IMG/VR virus record: IMGVR_UViG_3300042298_002704
Strand: one strand, 5' to 3'
Source of the DNA: a virus
Taxonomy: Duplodnaviria; Heunggongvirae; Uroviricota; Caudoviricetes
Length of the DNA: 64,000 nucleotides
The position numbers and the translations under genes are program-made. The notes beneath the pieces are model-generated. The model ran no database searches, was not told the origin of the DNA, and saw nothing but the letters and a program-made list of their open reading frames with translations. This document shows, piece after piece, positions 19,144 through 28,167 of the stretch (the stretch's first letter is position 1; every line of letters begins with the position of its first letter).

Positions 19144-19912
19144 ATCGTCTTCCTGATTTGACAAAACCTTTACGTCTATTTCGAGAACGATAATAACCTT
19201 GCCGCAGATCGCAACCAAGTTCTTTTAGTTTGGTTATGATTTGTTTTTTATCTGAAAATTTCAATGCAGGATGGTCAAATTTCTGATCATCTTCATCCCA
19301 TTTACTTGGAATGTAATTATATTGTGAAGTCCACAATTCTGGAAATTCACGATATTCGCCAAATTTTTCCAAAACTACCTCAATCTGATAATCATAACTT
19401 TTAGTTTCTTCGTTCCAACTTTTTCCTGATTGAGAAAGATACGAAACCAATTCGGATGAATTAGAAATGTTTACAGTTCCAAGGTCATTTTGGAATCTCC
19501 CGTCGAGTTCATCATAACTAAATTCAGCACTGGTTGAATGTCGATTTACGGACATAAACTCCCATTCGCCGTTTGGAAACTTGGCTACAAACCAATCTTC
19601 AAAAGTAGCAAATGAATAGTTGCCGCCGTTGTTACTGGTTTCTGGTCGGTAGTTTGAACAATCGTCAGTTACCCGTACCGATGCAATAAATTCCCATTTT
19701 GGAAAAAATTGTGGGTGCGGTTCTGGAAAATGAAAATCGATTTCATGTCCGTTTTTGGAGATGTAGTCTGCTTCATGTTTTGAACATTCGCGGAGAAATT
19801 CTCCGGAAGGGTTGGTGAAATACCAACCCAATTCACAATAACGGAGCAAATTTCCTCCGGTAGTTAAAATCATGTTTTCTTTCATATCTTTTCGTTTAAT
19901 AATCTCCCACAA
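19142..19912 (-). CDS. Hypothetical protein (256 aa)
   Basis: Long ORF convergent with the structural module. Basic C-terminus. Confidence 0.55.
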   Translation of the reverse strand: MWEIIKRKDMKENMILTTGGNLLRYCELGWYFTNPSGEFLRECSKHEADYISKNGHEIDFHFPEPHPQFFPKWEFIASVRVTDDCSNYRPETSNNGGNYSFATFEDWFVAKFPNGEWEFMSVNRHSTSAEFSYDELDGRFQNDLGTVNISNSSELVSYLSQSGKSWNEETKSYDYQIEVVLEKFGEYREFPELWTSQYNYIPSKWDEDDQKFDHPALKFSDKKQIITKLKELGCDLRQGYYRSRNRRKGFVKSGRR

Positions 19913-20102
19913 AGTTTAACCAAATGCCGGAAACGATTTCGGTACAAGTGACTTGTTCTCGAAACTGTTCATCGGTCATTATATCAAAATAAAATCGATC
20001 ACAATTCGATTTATAAATTGAATACGCCTCGGTGACATTTGGAGCAATGAAAACGCCGCCACCGCGCCAGCCTGCATCAATTGTAAACAAGTAAAGTTTC
20101 AT
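19896..20102 (-). CDS. Hypothetical small protein
   Basis: 68 aa. ATG start. Small overlap with the downstream gene. Confidence 0.4.
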   Translation of the reverse strand: MKLYLFTIDAGWRGGGVFIAPNVTEAYSIYKSNCDRFYFDIMTDEQFREQVTCTEIVSGIWLNFVGDY

Positions 20103-20137
20103 ATTTTTATTTTAGTTTTCTATTCAGTAAATGACTT

Positions 20138-20431
20138 TTAAAGATTATTTGCGGCGCATATAGTTATCACATAACGACCGTTATATTTTTGAAAGATTGT
20201 GATGGGCGGATTAATTGCGTTAGATTTCATTTTTCCGTTTACATATTGACCCATAAACGCAGAGCGTTGCATATTTGGCCATTTACGCAATAACATCGGC
20301 CAATCCAATAATTTTCCTTTAACTCGTCGACCTTGAATCGACCGCCGCGCCGCAATATAGGTGTCGAAAATTCCTTCAATGACCGTCCAAGAATCTTGGT
20401 TTTTATCGACAGATACGACTATGTATTTCAT
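20138..20431 (-). CDS. Hypothetical protein
   Basis: TACTTTTG (TAnnTTTG) -7 box 29 nt upstream of the ATG at 20460-20467 (complement). Confidence 0.5.
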   Translation of the reverse strand: MKYIVVSVDKNQDSWTVIEGIFDTYIAARRSIQGRRVKGKLLDWPMLLRKWPNMQRSAFMGQYVNGKMKSNAINPPITIFQKYNGRYVITICAANNL

Positions 20432-20459
20432 GTTTTAATTGTTTGGTGAATTAATACAA

Positions 20460-20520
20460 CAAAAGTATAACCCTTTCAAATAACTACCAAACCTTTTAAC
20501 CTCATTAACAAATTATTAAC
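20460..20520 (-). promoter_or_regulatory. Bacteroidetes-type promoter (TTTG -33 / TACTTTTG -7) with three phased ATTAAC repeats upstream
   Basis: Read on the - strand: GTTAAT x3 at 10-bp spacing, TTTG, 20-nt spacer, TACTTTTG, then 29 nt to the ATG at 20431. Confidence 0.55.
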
Positions 20521-20523
20521 TTC
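20460..20523. repeat. 64-bp intergenic module, copy 1
   Basis: Identical to 21338-21401. A 37-bp partial copy is at 22871-22907 and a diverged copy at ~36366-36391. Confidence 0.8.
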
Positions 20524-20557
20524 ATTAAAAAAGTTCCAGTTTAAGATATTTATATGT

Positions 20558-21040
20558 ATGCCAAGATTATTAATTCCGGGTTTATTTCAGCCAACATTAC
20601 AATTTCGTTACACCCTTTTCACCAATCGTTTGAAGGGTGCAATGTTCTATGCCTACGCATCAACTCAACCCGGATTTGATAATAGTCCCTTGGAATTACA
20701 TCACGGCAATGCAAGTTTCTTTGTTAAAGGAAAAACCAAGTGGAATCCAATTCAAATAAAATGTTATCAATTTGAAGGGATAACTTTTTTAGATTTTTGG
20801 GTTTATATGCAACAGCATCAAGTTACGGAAACTGCGACTGATTTATACGCAGAAACCTATAAACATGATCTAAGAGTTTCGGTAGTTGGCCCGGAAGAAA
20901 TTCCGGTCGGGACTTGGGTTTTGCATGGCGCATTTTATGAAAACGTCGACTTCGGACAAATGGATCGTTCAAGTGATGCCATAGCAGAAGTCAACGCTAC
21001 GATACGTTATGATTATGCGGTTTATAAACCGTTTTTTTAA
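20558..21040 (+). CDS. Tail tube paralog 2 (gp19/gp48/gp54-like)
   Basis: MPRLLIPGLFQPTLQFRY... aligns with the 18323 product through to YDYAVY. Confidence 0.75.
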   Translation: MPRLLIPGLFQPTLQFRYTLFTNRLKGAMFYAYASTQPGFDNSPLELHHGNASFFVKGKTKWNPIQIKCYQFEGITFLDFWVYMQQHQVTETATDLYAETYKHDLRVSVVGPEEIPVGTWVLHGAFYENVDFGQMDRSSDAIAEVNATIRYDYAVYKPFF

Positions 21041-21312
21041 TTTTTAATTACAAATCCTTTCATATGCTTTGCGCATTCTGGCCCAATATCAAAGCATCCT
21101 TGTGAATCTGCATCTGTTTCGACAGCGCACATTTCTTCTGAAATAGACGGATGCACCGCCAACCAATCCGTATTCATATGAACAGTATAGGCGTTTTGAA
21201 TATTTTTAATTGGCTTCATGCAACAGATGCATTGCGGCTCCGAAATAGTTCCGTATTTGTCTTCGTTCCTGTCTTTTACAGGACTTTCATACAGAGGCAT
21301 TGTCTTGTTCAT
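21037..21312 (-). CDS. Cys-rich small protein (possible zinc ribbon)
   Basis: Several Cys pairs (CICCMKPIK, CAVETD, GCFDIGPECAKH). Confidence 0.4.
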   Translation of the reverse strand: MNKTMPLYESPVKDRNEDKYGTISEPQCICCMKPIKNIQNAYTVHMNTDWLAVHPSISEEMCAVETDADSQGCFDIGPECAKHMKGFVIKN

Positions 21313-21337
21313 AATCGATGTTCGTTTTAATTATATA

Positions 21338-21401
21338 CAAAAGTATAACCCTTTCAAATAACTACCAAACCTTTTAACCTCATTAACAAATTATTAACTT
21401 C
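21338..21401. repeat. 64-bp intergenic module, copy 2
   Basis: CAAAAGTATAACCCTTTCAAATAACTACCAAACCTTTTAACCTCATTAACAAATTATTAACTTC. Confidence 0.8.
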
Positions 21402-21411
21402 GGAAATATAA

Positions 21412-21906
21412 ATGGCTCGTTTATCACCAGAACAATATAACCCCATTACAAGCTGGAGATTTAAAATCCAATTCAGTAGTTTACCCGATGTTGGGTTTTA
21501 CGCTAAATCGGTAACATTGCCTCAAATTGACAATTCCCCATTAACAATTGAGTACGGAAACACTCAAATGAAGATTAAGGGGAAAACCAAATGGAATGAT
21601 GTTGAAATGGTCATGTATGCGTATGAAAAAATGACCAACGAACAACTTTGGGAATATATGACGACATTACATCAAAAGGTTGATGATGGTACTGATTTTT
21701 ATGGAGAAAAATATAAACTCGATGTCATAATTCAAATCATGTCCCCGATGGATACCCCAATAGCAAAATGGACTTTGGTTGGTGCATTTGCTAATTTGAT
21801 TAACTTCGGGGAAATGGATTACGCAACAGAAGAAGTTGTCCAACCTCGTTTAACATTTAGTTATGATTATGCGCTTTACGAAAAACAAGGTTACCAGTTT
21901 ACTTAA
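21412..21906 (+). CDS. Tail tube paralog 3
   Basis: MARLSPEQYNPITSWRFKIQF... and C-terminal SYDYALYE conserved with the other two. Confidence 0.75.
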   Translation: MARLSPEQYNPITSWRFKIQFSSLPDVGFYAKSVTLPQIDNSPLTIEYGNTQMKIKGKTKWNDVEMVMYAYEKMTNEQLWEYMTTLHQKVDDGTDFYGEKYKLDVIIQIMSPMDTPIAKWTLVGAFANLINFGEMDYATEEVVQPRLTFSYDYALYEKQGYQFT

Positions 21907-21965
21907 ATAAAAAAAACTCATACCAAGTTAACGGTACAAGCCTTTTATTAAAACACAAACAACAA

Positions 21966-22325
21966 TTATTTTTTTGGAACCAGTTTGAACGACCGAACCC
22001 CTTGTTGAAGTTCAAGATTCATAAATTTGAGAACCTCGCGTGGAATCTTATAATATTGAACGATCCATTTTCCAGGTTCATACGTTCTTTTGGTCGTGGT
22101 CACTTCCTTATCGTTCCAGACCTTTTTAATTTTTTTGGAACTTTTCATTTTGGGACGAACCTTGTGCCAAACGAAGGCGTAGGCGAATTCGGCGTCATAA
22201 TATCCCCAACTAACTCCGTTGGAAGTGGAGCCGAAACTAAGATGTTTACTCCAAAACAGATCGTTTGGGACTGGTTTATGTCGCTTTTCGGTTGTTTGTG
22301 GTTTGATATTGATTTTAAGTTTCAT
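21966..22325 (-). CDS. Hypothetical basic protein
   Basis: 119-aa ORF. Lys-rich. Confidence 0.45.
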   Translation of the reverse strand: MKLKINIKPQTTEKRHKPVPNDLFWSKHLSFGSTSNGVSWGYYDAEFAYAFVWHKVRPKMKSSKKIKKVWNDKEVTTTKRTYEPGKWIVQYYKIPREVLKFMNLELQQGVRSFKLVPKK

Positions 22326-22353
22326 GATTTTGAATTTTAATTGTTGAGTTATT

Positions 22354-22815
22354 TTAATGAGCAGTTCTCAAATCTTCCGTCGGACTTAAACTACATATTC
22401 CGTAATTTCTGGCTTGTGCATCTGAACAAGAAATACTGGCTTGAATTACACCAGTCGGACTCGACTCATCTTTAATATATAAAGAAACCGCATATTGCTC
22501 GGAGAACGGGAATTTGCATTTAACACGACCGTACAAAACGGTCTCATTTTCAAATAACAGTTTCAATTTCAAATCCTGTTCACACGCCAAACATTGCGCT
22601 TTCATTCGGTCATTATGTGTGAGGTCTATTGTTGGGATTAATTCGAATTCTTTTCTCGCATCAGTTAATGGAAAACTGGCAACATATCCATTAACAAACG
22701 TAAAAACAGCCGAAAATGAAGTTAAACCGCTATATTCGCTTTTAATTTTGATGACTTCGGCCTTTTGAATTTTATACCGAAAAGCATTTTTAGTGATATT
22801 TGCATCGAATTTCAT
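22354..22815 (-). CDS. Hypothetical protein
   Basis: 153 aa. TAnnTTTG-type promoter at ~22840. Confidence 0.5.
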   Translation of the reverse strand: MKFDANITKNAFRYKIQKAEVIKIKSEYSGLTSFSAVFTFVNGYVASFPLTDARKEFELIPTIDLTHNDRMKAQCLACEQDLKLKLLFENETVLYGRVKCKFPFSEQYAVSLYIKDESSPTGVIQASISCSDAQARNYGICSLSPTEDLRTAH

Positions 22816-22929
22816 CGTTTAAATCGTTTAGTGAATGAATACAACAAAGGTATATTCATTGATAATACAAACCAAACCTTTTAACCTCATTAACAAATTA
22901 TTAACTTTAAAACAAAATTATCCTGAAAA

Positions 22930-22941
22930 GGATATTTATAT
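22930..22941 (+). promoter_or_regulatory. Late-type motif GGATATTTATAT
   Basis: 30 nt upstream of the 22971 start. Confidence 0.45.
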
Positions 22942-22970
22942 TAAACTAAAAACCTAAAAAGAAGGAAAAA

Positions 22971-23792
22971 ATGCAAGAAGGAAAAGTTACGTTAAAAACG
23001 GACATTACAAATCAGGAACCTGAATCATTTCAACGTTCATTTCCAAACAACGTTGTTGAATTACCAAGTAAAGGTTTGGTATATGATGAAACGAATTTAT
23101 TGTCAAAGGGCAGCGTTGAGATGAAGTTTATGACTGCCAAAGAGGAAAACATCCTAACTACTGAAAGTTATATCAAACAAGGAATTGTAATTGATAAATT
23201 TTTACAGTCAATCATCGTTTCGCCTAAATTCAATTATGATTCACTTTTGGTAGGTGATAAAGATGCACTTATTTTAGCAAGTCGGATTTATGGTTATGGA
23301 GAAATTTACACCATCGAAGTTACGACTCCATCTGGAAAGAAACAAAAGGTCGATATCAATTTAGAAGAAATTCCAAACAAGGAAATTGATGAAAGTAAAT
23401 TCAACAAAGGAGAAAACCGTTTCACATATTTGTTTGAAAACAAGATTGGAAAATATACACTCGAATTCAAACTTTTAACTGTTGGCGACCAAAAACGAAT
23501 TGATGACCGTTTGAAGAAGTACAAAAGTTTTGGAAAGGAGGATCAGCAAATTACTATTCGTTTGGAAGAAATGATTTTATCTGTTAACGGAAATTCTGAT
23601 CCAAACTTCATTCGTTTGTTTTTAAATAACGAATTTTTGGCCCGCGATTCAAGAGCCTTCCGCGATTACGTTGCAAAACTTCAACCCGGACCAAACATGG
23701 AAATTGAAATCGTTGATGAGGAAACAGGAGAACCCTTTCGCACTTCGATTACCATCAGACCAGACTTTTTTTGGCCTGACAGCGGACTATGA
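22971..23792 (+). CDS. Hypothetical protein from a late-type promoter (virion-associated?)
   Basis: ATG with AAGAAGGAAAAAA upstream. GGATATTTATAT at 22930-22941. Confidence 0.55.
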   Translation: MQEGKVTLKTDITNQEPESFQRSFPNNVVELPSKGLVYDETNLLSKGSVEMKFMTAKEENILTTESYIKQGIVIDKFLQSIIVSPKFNYDSLLVGDKDALILASRIYGYGEIYTIEVTTPSGKKQKVDINLEEIPNKEIDESKFNKGENRFTYLFENKIGKYTLEFKLLTVGDQKRIDDRLKKYKSFGKEDQQITIRLEEMILSVNGNSDPNFIRLFLNNEFLARDSRAFRDYVAKLQPGPNMEIEIVDEETGEPFRTSITIRPDFFWPDSGL

Positions 23793-23802
23793 TAGAACGG
23801 TA

Positions 23803-23976
23803 ATGGATCAATGCTTTGACATTGGTTACTATTCGCAAGGTGCAATGTCAGCAATGGACGCATATTCAATGCCAGTCAACGTTCGGGCATATTATTATGC
23901 CAAACTCGTTAGGGTAAAAGAACAGGAAGCCAAGGCCGCTGAAGACGCTCGAAAACAAAATGGGAGAAGACGTTAA
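23803..23976 (+). CDS. Small ORF (57 aa)
   Basis: ATG shortly after the upstream stop. Ends in a terminator hairpin. Confidence 0.3.
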   Translation: MDQCFDIGYYSQGAMSAMDAYSMPVNVRAYYYAKLVRVKEQEAKAAEDARKQNGRRR

Positions 23977-23998
23977 TTCGTCGACTCCCATTTCTTTT
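23961..23998. terminator. Putative bidirectional terminator
   Basis: TGGGAG…CTCCCA 6-bp stem then TTTCTTTTT, between convergent genes. Confidence 0.4.
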
Positions 23999-24384
23999 TA
24001 ATCATCGTAATGTTTACCGTTTAGATGGGTGAAGAAATGTTCAATCATCTGTTCCATTACTGGAATAGTGATTTGAGAATATTTTCCAGATTCATTGAAC
24101 CATTGTACCAATGAAATTTCAATCGAATGAAATCCAAAATTAGGTACTTCAATATTGAAATGGATTGACGGCCAGAAGTTATGCAAAGATTCATCGTCTT
24201 GACCGTATAAATATTGAATCCAGCCAAACGATTCATTAATATTAATAAAATACCGTTTTGAACCGTCTTGGTTGTAGATACATTTTTGCCATTTACGACA
24301 AATATGGGGTTCTTCTACTGGATTTTCCTTCCAGCATTTGTAACCTCCTGCTTCTTCGAGAAGTTGTTTTGAAATTGTGATCAT
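23998..24384 (-). CDS. Hypothetical protein
   Basis: 128 aa. Promoter-like TACCACAAAAGTAAAGG plus ATTAAC repeats upstream. Confidence 0.5.
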   Translation of the reverse strand: MITISKQLLEEAGGYKCWKENPVEEPHICRKWQKCIYNQDGSKRYFININESFGWIQYLYGQDDESLHNFWPSIHFNIEVPNFGFHSIEISLVQWFNESGKYSQITIPVMEQMIEHFFTHLNGKHYDD

Positions 24385-24487
24385 CGTCTTGTTGTTTTTA
24401 AAATTCTACCACAAAAGTAAAGGCTCAGTCCATACGAACCAAGCCTATTAACAAACATTTAACATTTTTACTGTAAAATTACAAATT

Positions 24488-24796
24488 TTACCTTCCAAAG
24501 AACCTATACCGCTGCCAATTTACTCGTTTAATATTTTCACAAGTTTCATTGATTCGTTCAAGTTCTTTTAGTGTTACATCTACTTGAAATCCGTTCAAGA
24601 CTACAAAATTCTCACCTTTAAGCCAACGTTCATTGCATTGATAAATCAAATCTTGAATATCATCTTGATTTAATTTGAATCTGCGATTACCCAAAGTCAT
24701 TTCTTTGGAATCAAAATCATAATCAATGGTGTGAAAAATTGGACCGAACTTTTTTGTTTTTTCTGGGTTAATGTTTAAACTATGGTTTACTGACAT
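24488..24796 (-). CDS. Hypothetical protein
   Basis: 102 aa. Confidence 0.45.
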   Translation of the reverse strand: MSVNHSLNINPEKTKKFGPIFHTIDYDFDSKEMTLGNRRFKLNQDDIQDLIYQCNERWLKGENFVVLNGFQVDVTLKELERINETCENIKRVNWQRYRFFGR

Positions 24797-24806
24797 AAAA
24801 GATTAT

Positions 24807-25622
24807 TTAGTTATGACCGCCGATATGCACGGTCAGTTTATAAATATCTTCCAGTTTTGAATTATCTAAAACAAATTTAACATCAGTACCCAAGTTATTA
24901 AACAATTCTGTAAATGGATAATCCAAATAGCCCTCAGAACCATAACAATCTCGTTGTAAAACGAAGATAATTGCCTGTTTTGTATTGGAAATTGCCCAAT
25001 TTAAAGTTTTGTTAAAATTTTCCCATTTATCCAAACCCATATCATCACCCAAGGTTCCAATAACAACGGTATAATCACTTTCAATTGAAATATCAAAATA
25101 ATTGTTGTTGAATACTTGAATATCTGGATATTTTTGTTTTGCAACATTGTAAAGGTTTGGGTTCAATTCAATACCAAAATAATCGATATTACTTGGCTTA
25201 TCAAAAACCCATTCAGGAGGATTGTTTATTCTACCAAACAAATCGCCCCTACCACAACCTAAATCTTTAATTGAGTAATTGCTTTTTGGTAAACCTTCTA
25301 AAACCCAATCGTATATTTCGTTTTGAGTTTCTTCATCCGGATAGCCAACTATTTGAGAATCGTTTATGAGGTAGTCTGGTAAATTTGTATCAACAAGCTC
25401 AACACCCAAATCTTCAAATTCTTGAACGACTTGTTCCGGAGTCGCAGTTTCCCAATATGCTTCCATTTTTTTCTGAATCGCATCAACGTTCATTCCGTCA
25501 ACTGAATCGTTACCTCCTATGAGTTCGCCCGAGGAAATTTCATTCAAACTTTCTTGAAGTGAATTGTATTTTTCTTCAAGGTTCGGATTTCCAGAAATAA
25601 GGGCTTCTAAACTTGTAATCAT
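24807..25622 (-). CDS. Class I SAM-dependent methyltransferase
   Basis: Motif I IKDLGCGRGDLFG. Downstream acidic/aromatic motifs. Confidence 0.6.
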   Translation of the reverse strand: MITSLEALISGNPNLEEKYNSLQESLNEISSGELIGGNDSVDGMNVDAIQKKMEAYWETATPEQVVQEFEDLGVELVDTNLPDYLINDSQIVGYPDEETQNEIYDWVLEGLPKSNYSIKDLGCGRGDLFGRINNPPEWVFDKPSNIDYFGIELNPNLYNVAKQKYPDIQVFNNNYFDISIESDYTVVIGTLGDDMGLDKWENFNKTLNWAISNTKQAIIFVLQRDCYGSEGYLDYPFTELFNNLGTDVKFVLDNSKLEDIYKLTVHIGGHN

Positions 25623-25927
25623 TCTAAAATTTTCCTTTCAAATTCATTTAATTCAGTTACTGATTCGTCTTGGACGTATTTTTCTTCCTTCCCTTCCAAG
25701 GTGAAATCCGTCAAAGTTTTATCTTTAAATTTATTGTTAAGTTTTAAAGATAAATCAATATCAATGTAACAGGGAGTTTCAGGATCAGTAGTCAAAGATT
25801 CAAGTACAATTCCACGTTCGGTTAATACGTTGAAATATGTTACTTCTTTGCGCATCCATTTTTTTGTAATTGAACCAAGTTCTCTTTTTCCCCTATTGAA
25901 GAGGATTACTTTATCATTTTTCTTCAT
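25619..25927 (-). CDS. Hypothetical protein
   Basis: ATGA overlap with the downstream gene. Confidence 0.45.
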   Translation of the reverse strand: MKKNDKVILFNRGKRELGSITKKWMRKEVTYFNVLTERGIVLESLTTDPETPCYIDIDLSLKLNNKFKDKTLTDFTLEGKEEKYVQDESVTELNEFERKILE

Positions 25928-25934
25928 ATATTTT

Positions 25935-26825
25935 TTAAAGTGAATTAATCAAGTCGACAATTTCATCTTGCGGGAAAATATCCCACTTTGTAAATCCGCC
26001 CCACTTATTCGGTCCGGAAACATTGGTATGACTAAACAACCCTTTATGTTTACCATCCTTAATTTCTTGATCAAAATCAAAGGCTTTGAATTTGTTCATT
26101 TTTTTCAACCTTTCCTTCAAACCTTTGGTTATATCAATGTTCTGATCCTTCGCAATTTTGTTCAATAAAAAGTTTAAGGAATGAAGTTGGTCGTTTGTAA
26201 TCCGTTGGAAGTACCTTTGGCCGCGCCACGTTTGCTTCAAATCGATTATTTCTCCCGGGTTAACCCTTTTGTTAGCCCACATTAAAAAGTCGTTTCCTAC
26301 GCGATTTAAAAACGTTAAATTGCAAAGTTCAATTCCAATACTTTGACGGTGCATTCTTGTATCCCCGATTCCCAAGTGCCAACCGTAATCTTGGTAGCGC
26401 ATACATTCAACAATTTCCCCGTCGAATTGGTCTCTTAACGTTTGGCCGTGTTTACCACCGATTACGAATTGGGTTCCGACTGGTCCCCGCTTGTCATTAT
26501 TCCAATCTCTGACAGTGGCGAAGGGATCATCCCAGCCCGCCGTACAATGCAAGAAAATCCATTCTTTCTTTTCGTTCGTGGTCATGAATTCGCCACGTTT
26601 TAACGGAAAGGATTTTATTTTAGGTTGTTCTTGTAAATCAGTTGAAATGAACCCTTGGGTTGTATCATGTTGAACTGGTTCAATTTCATCTTCTCCTTCC
26701 AATGGAGAATATTCAAGTCCTTCTTTGAGACAATAGTTTCGCCATGCTGCTTGGGTAAATTCGTCTAAGATTCCGGTTGGGGGAATTCCAAGTTTATTTT
26801 GGATTTCTAAAATTTTAGTTATCAA
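25935..26825 (-). CDS. Endolysin: N-terminal peptidoglycan-binding domain plus N-acetylmuramoyl-L-alanine amidase (Amidase_2/PGRP-like)
   Basis: LGIPPTGILDEFTQAAWRNY (PG_binding_1-like). IFLHCTAG, GWHLGIG, SIGIELCN, HTNVSGPNKW amidase_2-like blocks. Confidence 0.6.
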   Translation of the reverse strand: MITKILEIQNKLGIPPTGILDEFTQAAWRNYCLKEGLEYSPLEGEDEIEPVQHDTTQGFISTDLQEQPKIKSFPLKRGEFMTTNEKKEWIFLHCTAGWDDPFATVRDWNNDKRGPVGTQFVIGGKHGQTLRDQFDGEIVECMRYQDYGWHLGIGDTRMHRQSIGIELCNLTFLNRVGNDFLMWANKRVNPGEIIDLKQTWRGQRYFQRITNDQLHSLNFLLNKIAKDQNIDITKGLKERLKKMNKFKAFDFDQEIKDGKHKGLFSHTNVSGPNKWGGFTKWDIFPQDEIVDLINSL

Positions 26826-26947
26826 GTTTTATTCCTCAGTTTTATTGATAAAAGTCCAGTCTTTCCATTCTTCTTTGGTTGAGTTTAATCTTCGGCGAAT
26901 TGTATGTTTTGGAATATCTAATTTTCTACTTGCATCATTTGCACTTA
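26826..26947 (-). pseudogene. Orphan helix-turn-helix segment (…SRKLDIPKHTIRRRLNS…) with no start codon, in a different frame from the upstream HNH ORF
   Basis: Open frame of 42 codons immediately downstream of, and overlapping, the HNH gene end. Typical HTH of HNH/homing-endonuclease C-termini. Confidence 0.4.
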
Positions 26948-27253
26948 AATATTCAATTCGATTTTAATAAATTCATATAATCTTGAATTGGGAATAAATC
27001 GTTTTTGACCTTTACCGCCTGAGCACATTTTAAAACAGGCATTCCAAATCTTAGAATTATTTGGATAAATTCGAGTAAGAATATAATGAACTAAGAAATG
27101 TTCCCTTGCTGTTAAGACAGTTAAGTTATTTTTTTCATTAGTTCCGCCCAAACATTTTGGAACAATGTGATGTTTTTCAGTATAAACATCTTCTGGTAAA
27201 ATTCGTTCTTGTCCTCGTTTACAAATGTCGTCATAAATCTTTTGATAATTCAA
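26945..27253 (-). CDS. HNH homing endonuclease core
   Basis: EKHHIVPKCLGGTNEKNNLTVLTAREHFLVH. TTG start. Flanked by fragments in other frames. Confidence 0.65.
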   Translation of the reverse strand: MNYQKIYDDICKRGQERILPEDVYTEKHHIVPKCLGGTNEKNNLTVLTAREHFLVHYILTRIYPNNSKIWNACFKMCSGGKGQKRFIPNSRLYEFIKIELNI

Positions 27254-27399
27254 CGGTTAAACTCCTTATTGTATTTGATAAAATTTTATCAACAAATAAG
27301 TTAATCTTCAACGAATTATCATTGCAATATTTTACAATCTCAGAATGAGTCTGTTCACTAATTTGAATCGTCTTAACTTTTTTGTTGGTTTTCATATAC
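27251..27399 (-). CDS. Small ORF (49 aa) overlapping the HNH start in another frame
   Basis: ATG at 27399. Ends 8 codons into the HNH ORF. Confidence 0.3.
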
Positions 27400-27463
27400 T
27401 ATAAGTAGTCTAATTTATGTAAAAAGATGTAGGATTTTGTTTGTTTTTATTGTTAAAGATTTG

Positions 27464-27961
27464 TTAAGGTAACGATAATAATAATGCTCCGCTCCACGGA
27501 GAAACTACTCCCGGCACAACTGTCGACGTGTATGTGCCGATCAAAGTAGTTAAATGAACTCGACACGCCATTTCCAAATTAGTTAAAATAATTTGAAAAT
27601 TGGTGTTTGGAGGCGTTTTTACGTTACTCCATGTACCTCCGGAACTAACCACTACATTTCCCGTCGGTCCCGTAATAAGACCGCCCAAATGATATGTTAT
27701 AAAACTCGGTCCTAATTGTTGTAATAAATCAACATCAGCAGTTGATTGTCTATTTAATTCACAATATTGTAAAATAGAACTTTGCAAGGCAGGAAGTTTT
27801 GGAGCATTGTTGATTAAAACGCCACCACCAGTTAATGTATCAAAATGTAAACTCATGCAACTATGGTAAGCATTTGCAATTGTGGATGCAAATAATTGAG
27901 TCGTAACGTGGGGGTTTCCGGTTAGGACATTGCATTGAGTTTTGAATAATGACCAAGACAT
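27464..27961 (-). CDS. Hypothetical Gly/Thr/Ser-rich protein
   Basis: 165 aa. Confidence 0.45.
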   Translation of the reverse strand: MSWSLFKTQCNVLTGNPHVTTQLFASTIANAYHSCMSLHFDTLTGGGVLINNAPKLPALQSSILQYCELNRQSTADVDLLQQLGPSFITYHLGGLITGPTGNVVVSSGGTWSNVKTPPNTNFQIILTNLEMACRVHLTTLIGTYTSTVVPGVVSPWSGALLLSLP

Positions 27962-28167
27962 TTATTTTTTAGTATAACCTTTCAAAAAAATCCAAAAGTG
28001 AAAGTATTTTTTTCATTTCAATATTGAGTTGAAGAATGAATAAATGCCAGTTCCCGGAATAAGTGCGTACCATCCAGCACCTCTACGATTCTCAGGTTTG
28101 GTTAAAATTAGAAATACAATATCAAAAAGATATATTACGATTAATATAATTAGAATCGTCGGCATAT

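Noticed and set aside
20545-20557. GATATTTATAT motif directly abutting the ATG of tube paralog 2, and the TATAAAT variant at 21403-21411 before paralog 3
   Set aside because: They lie only 0-3 nt from the start codon, too close to act as a -10-type promoter for that gene. They probably are decayed copies carried within the duplicated cassette, so I did not annotate them as promoters.
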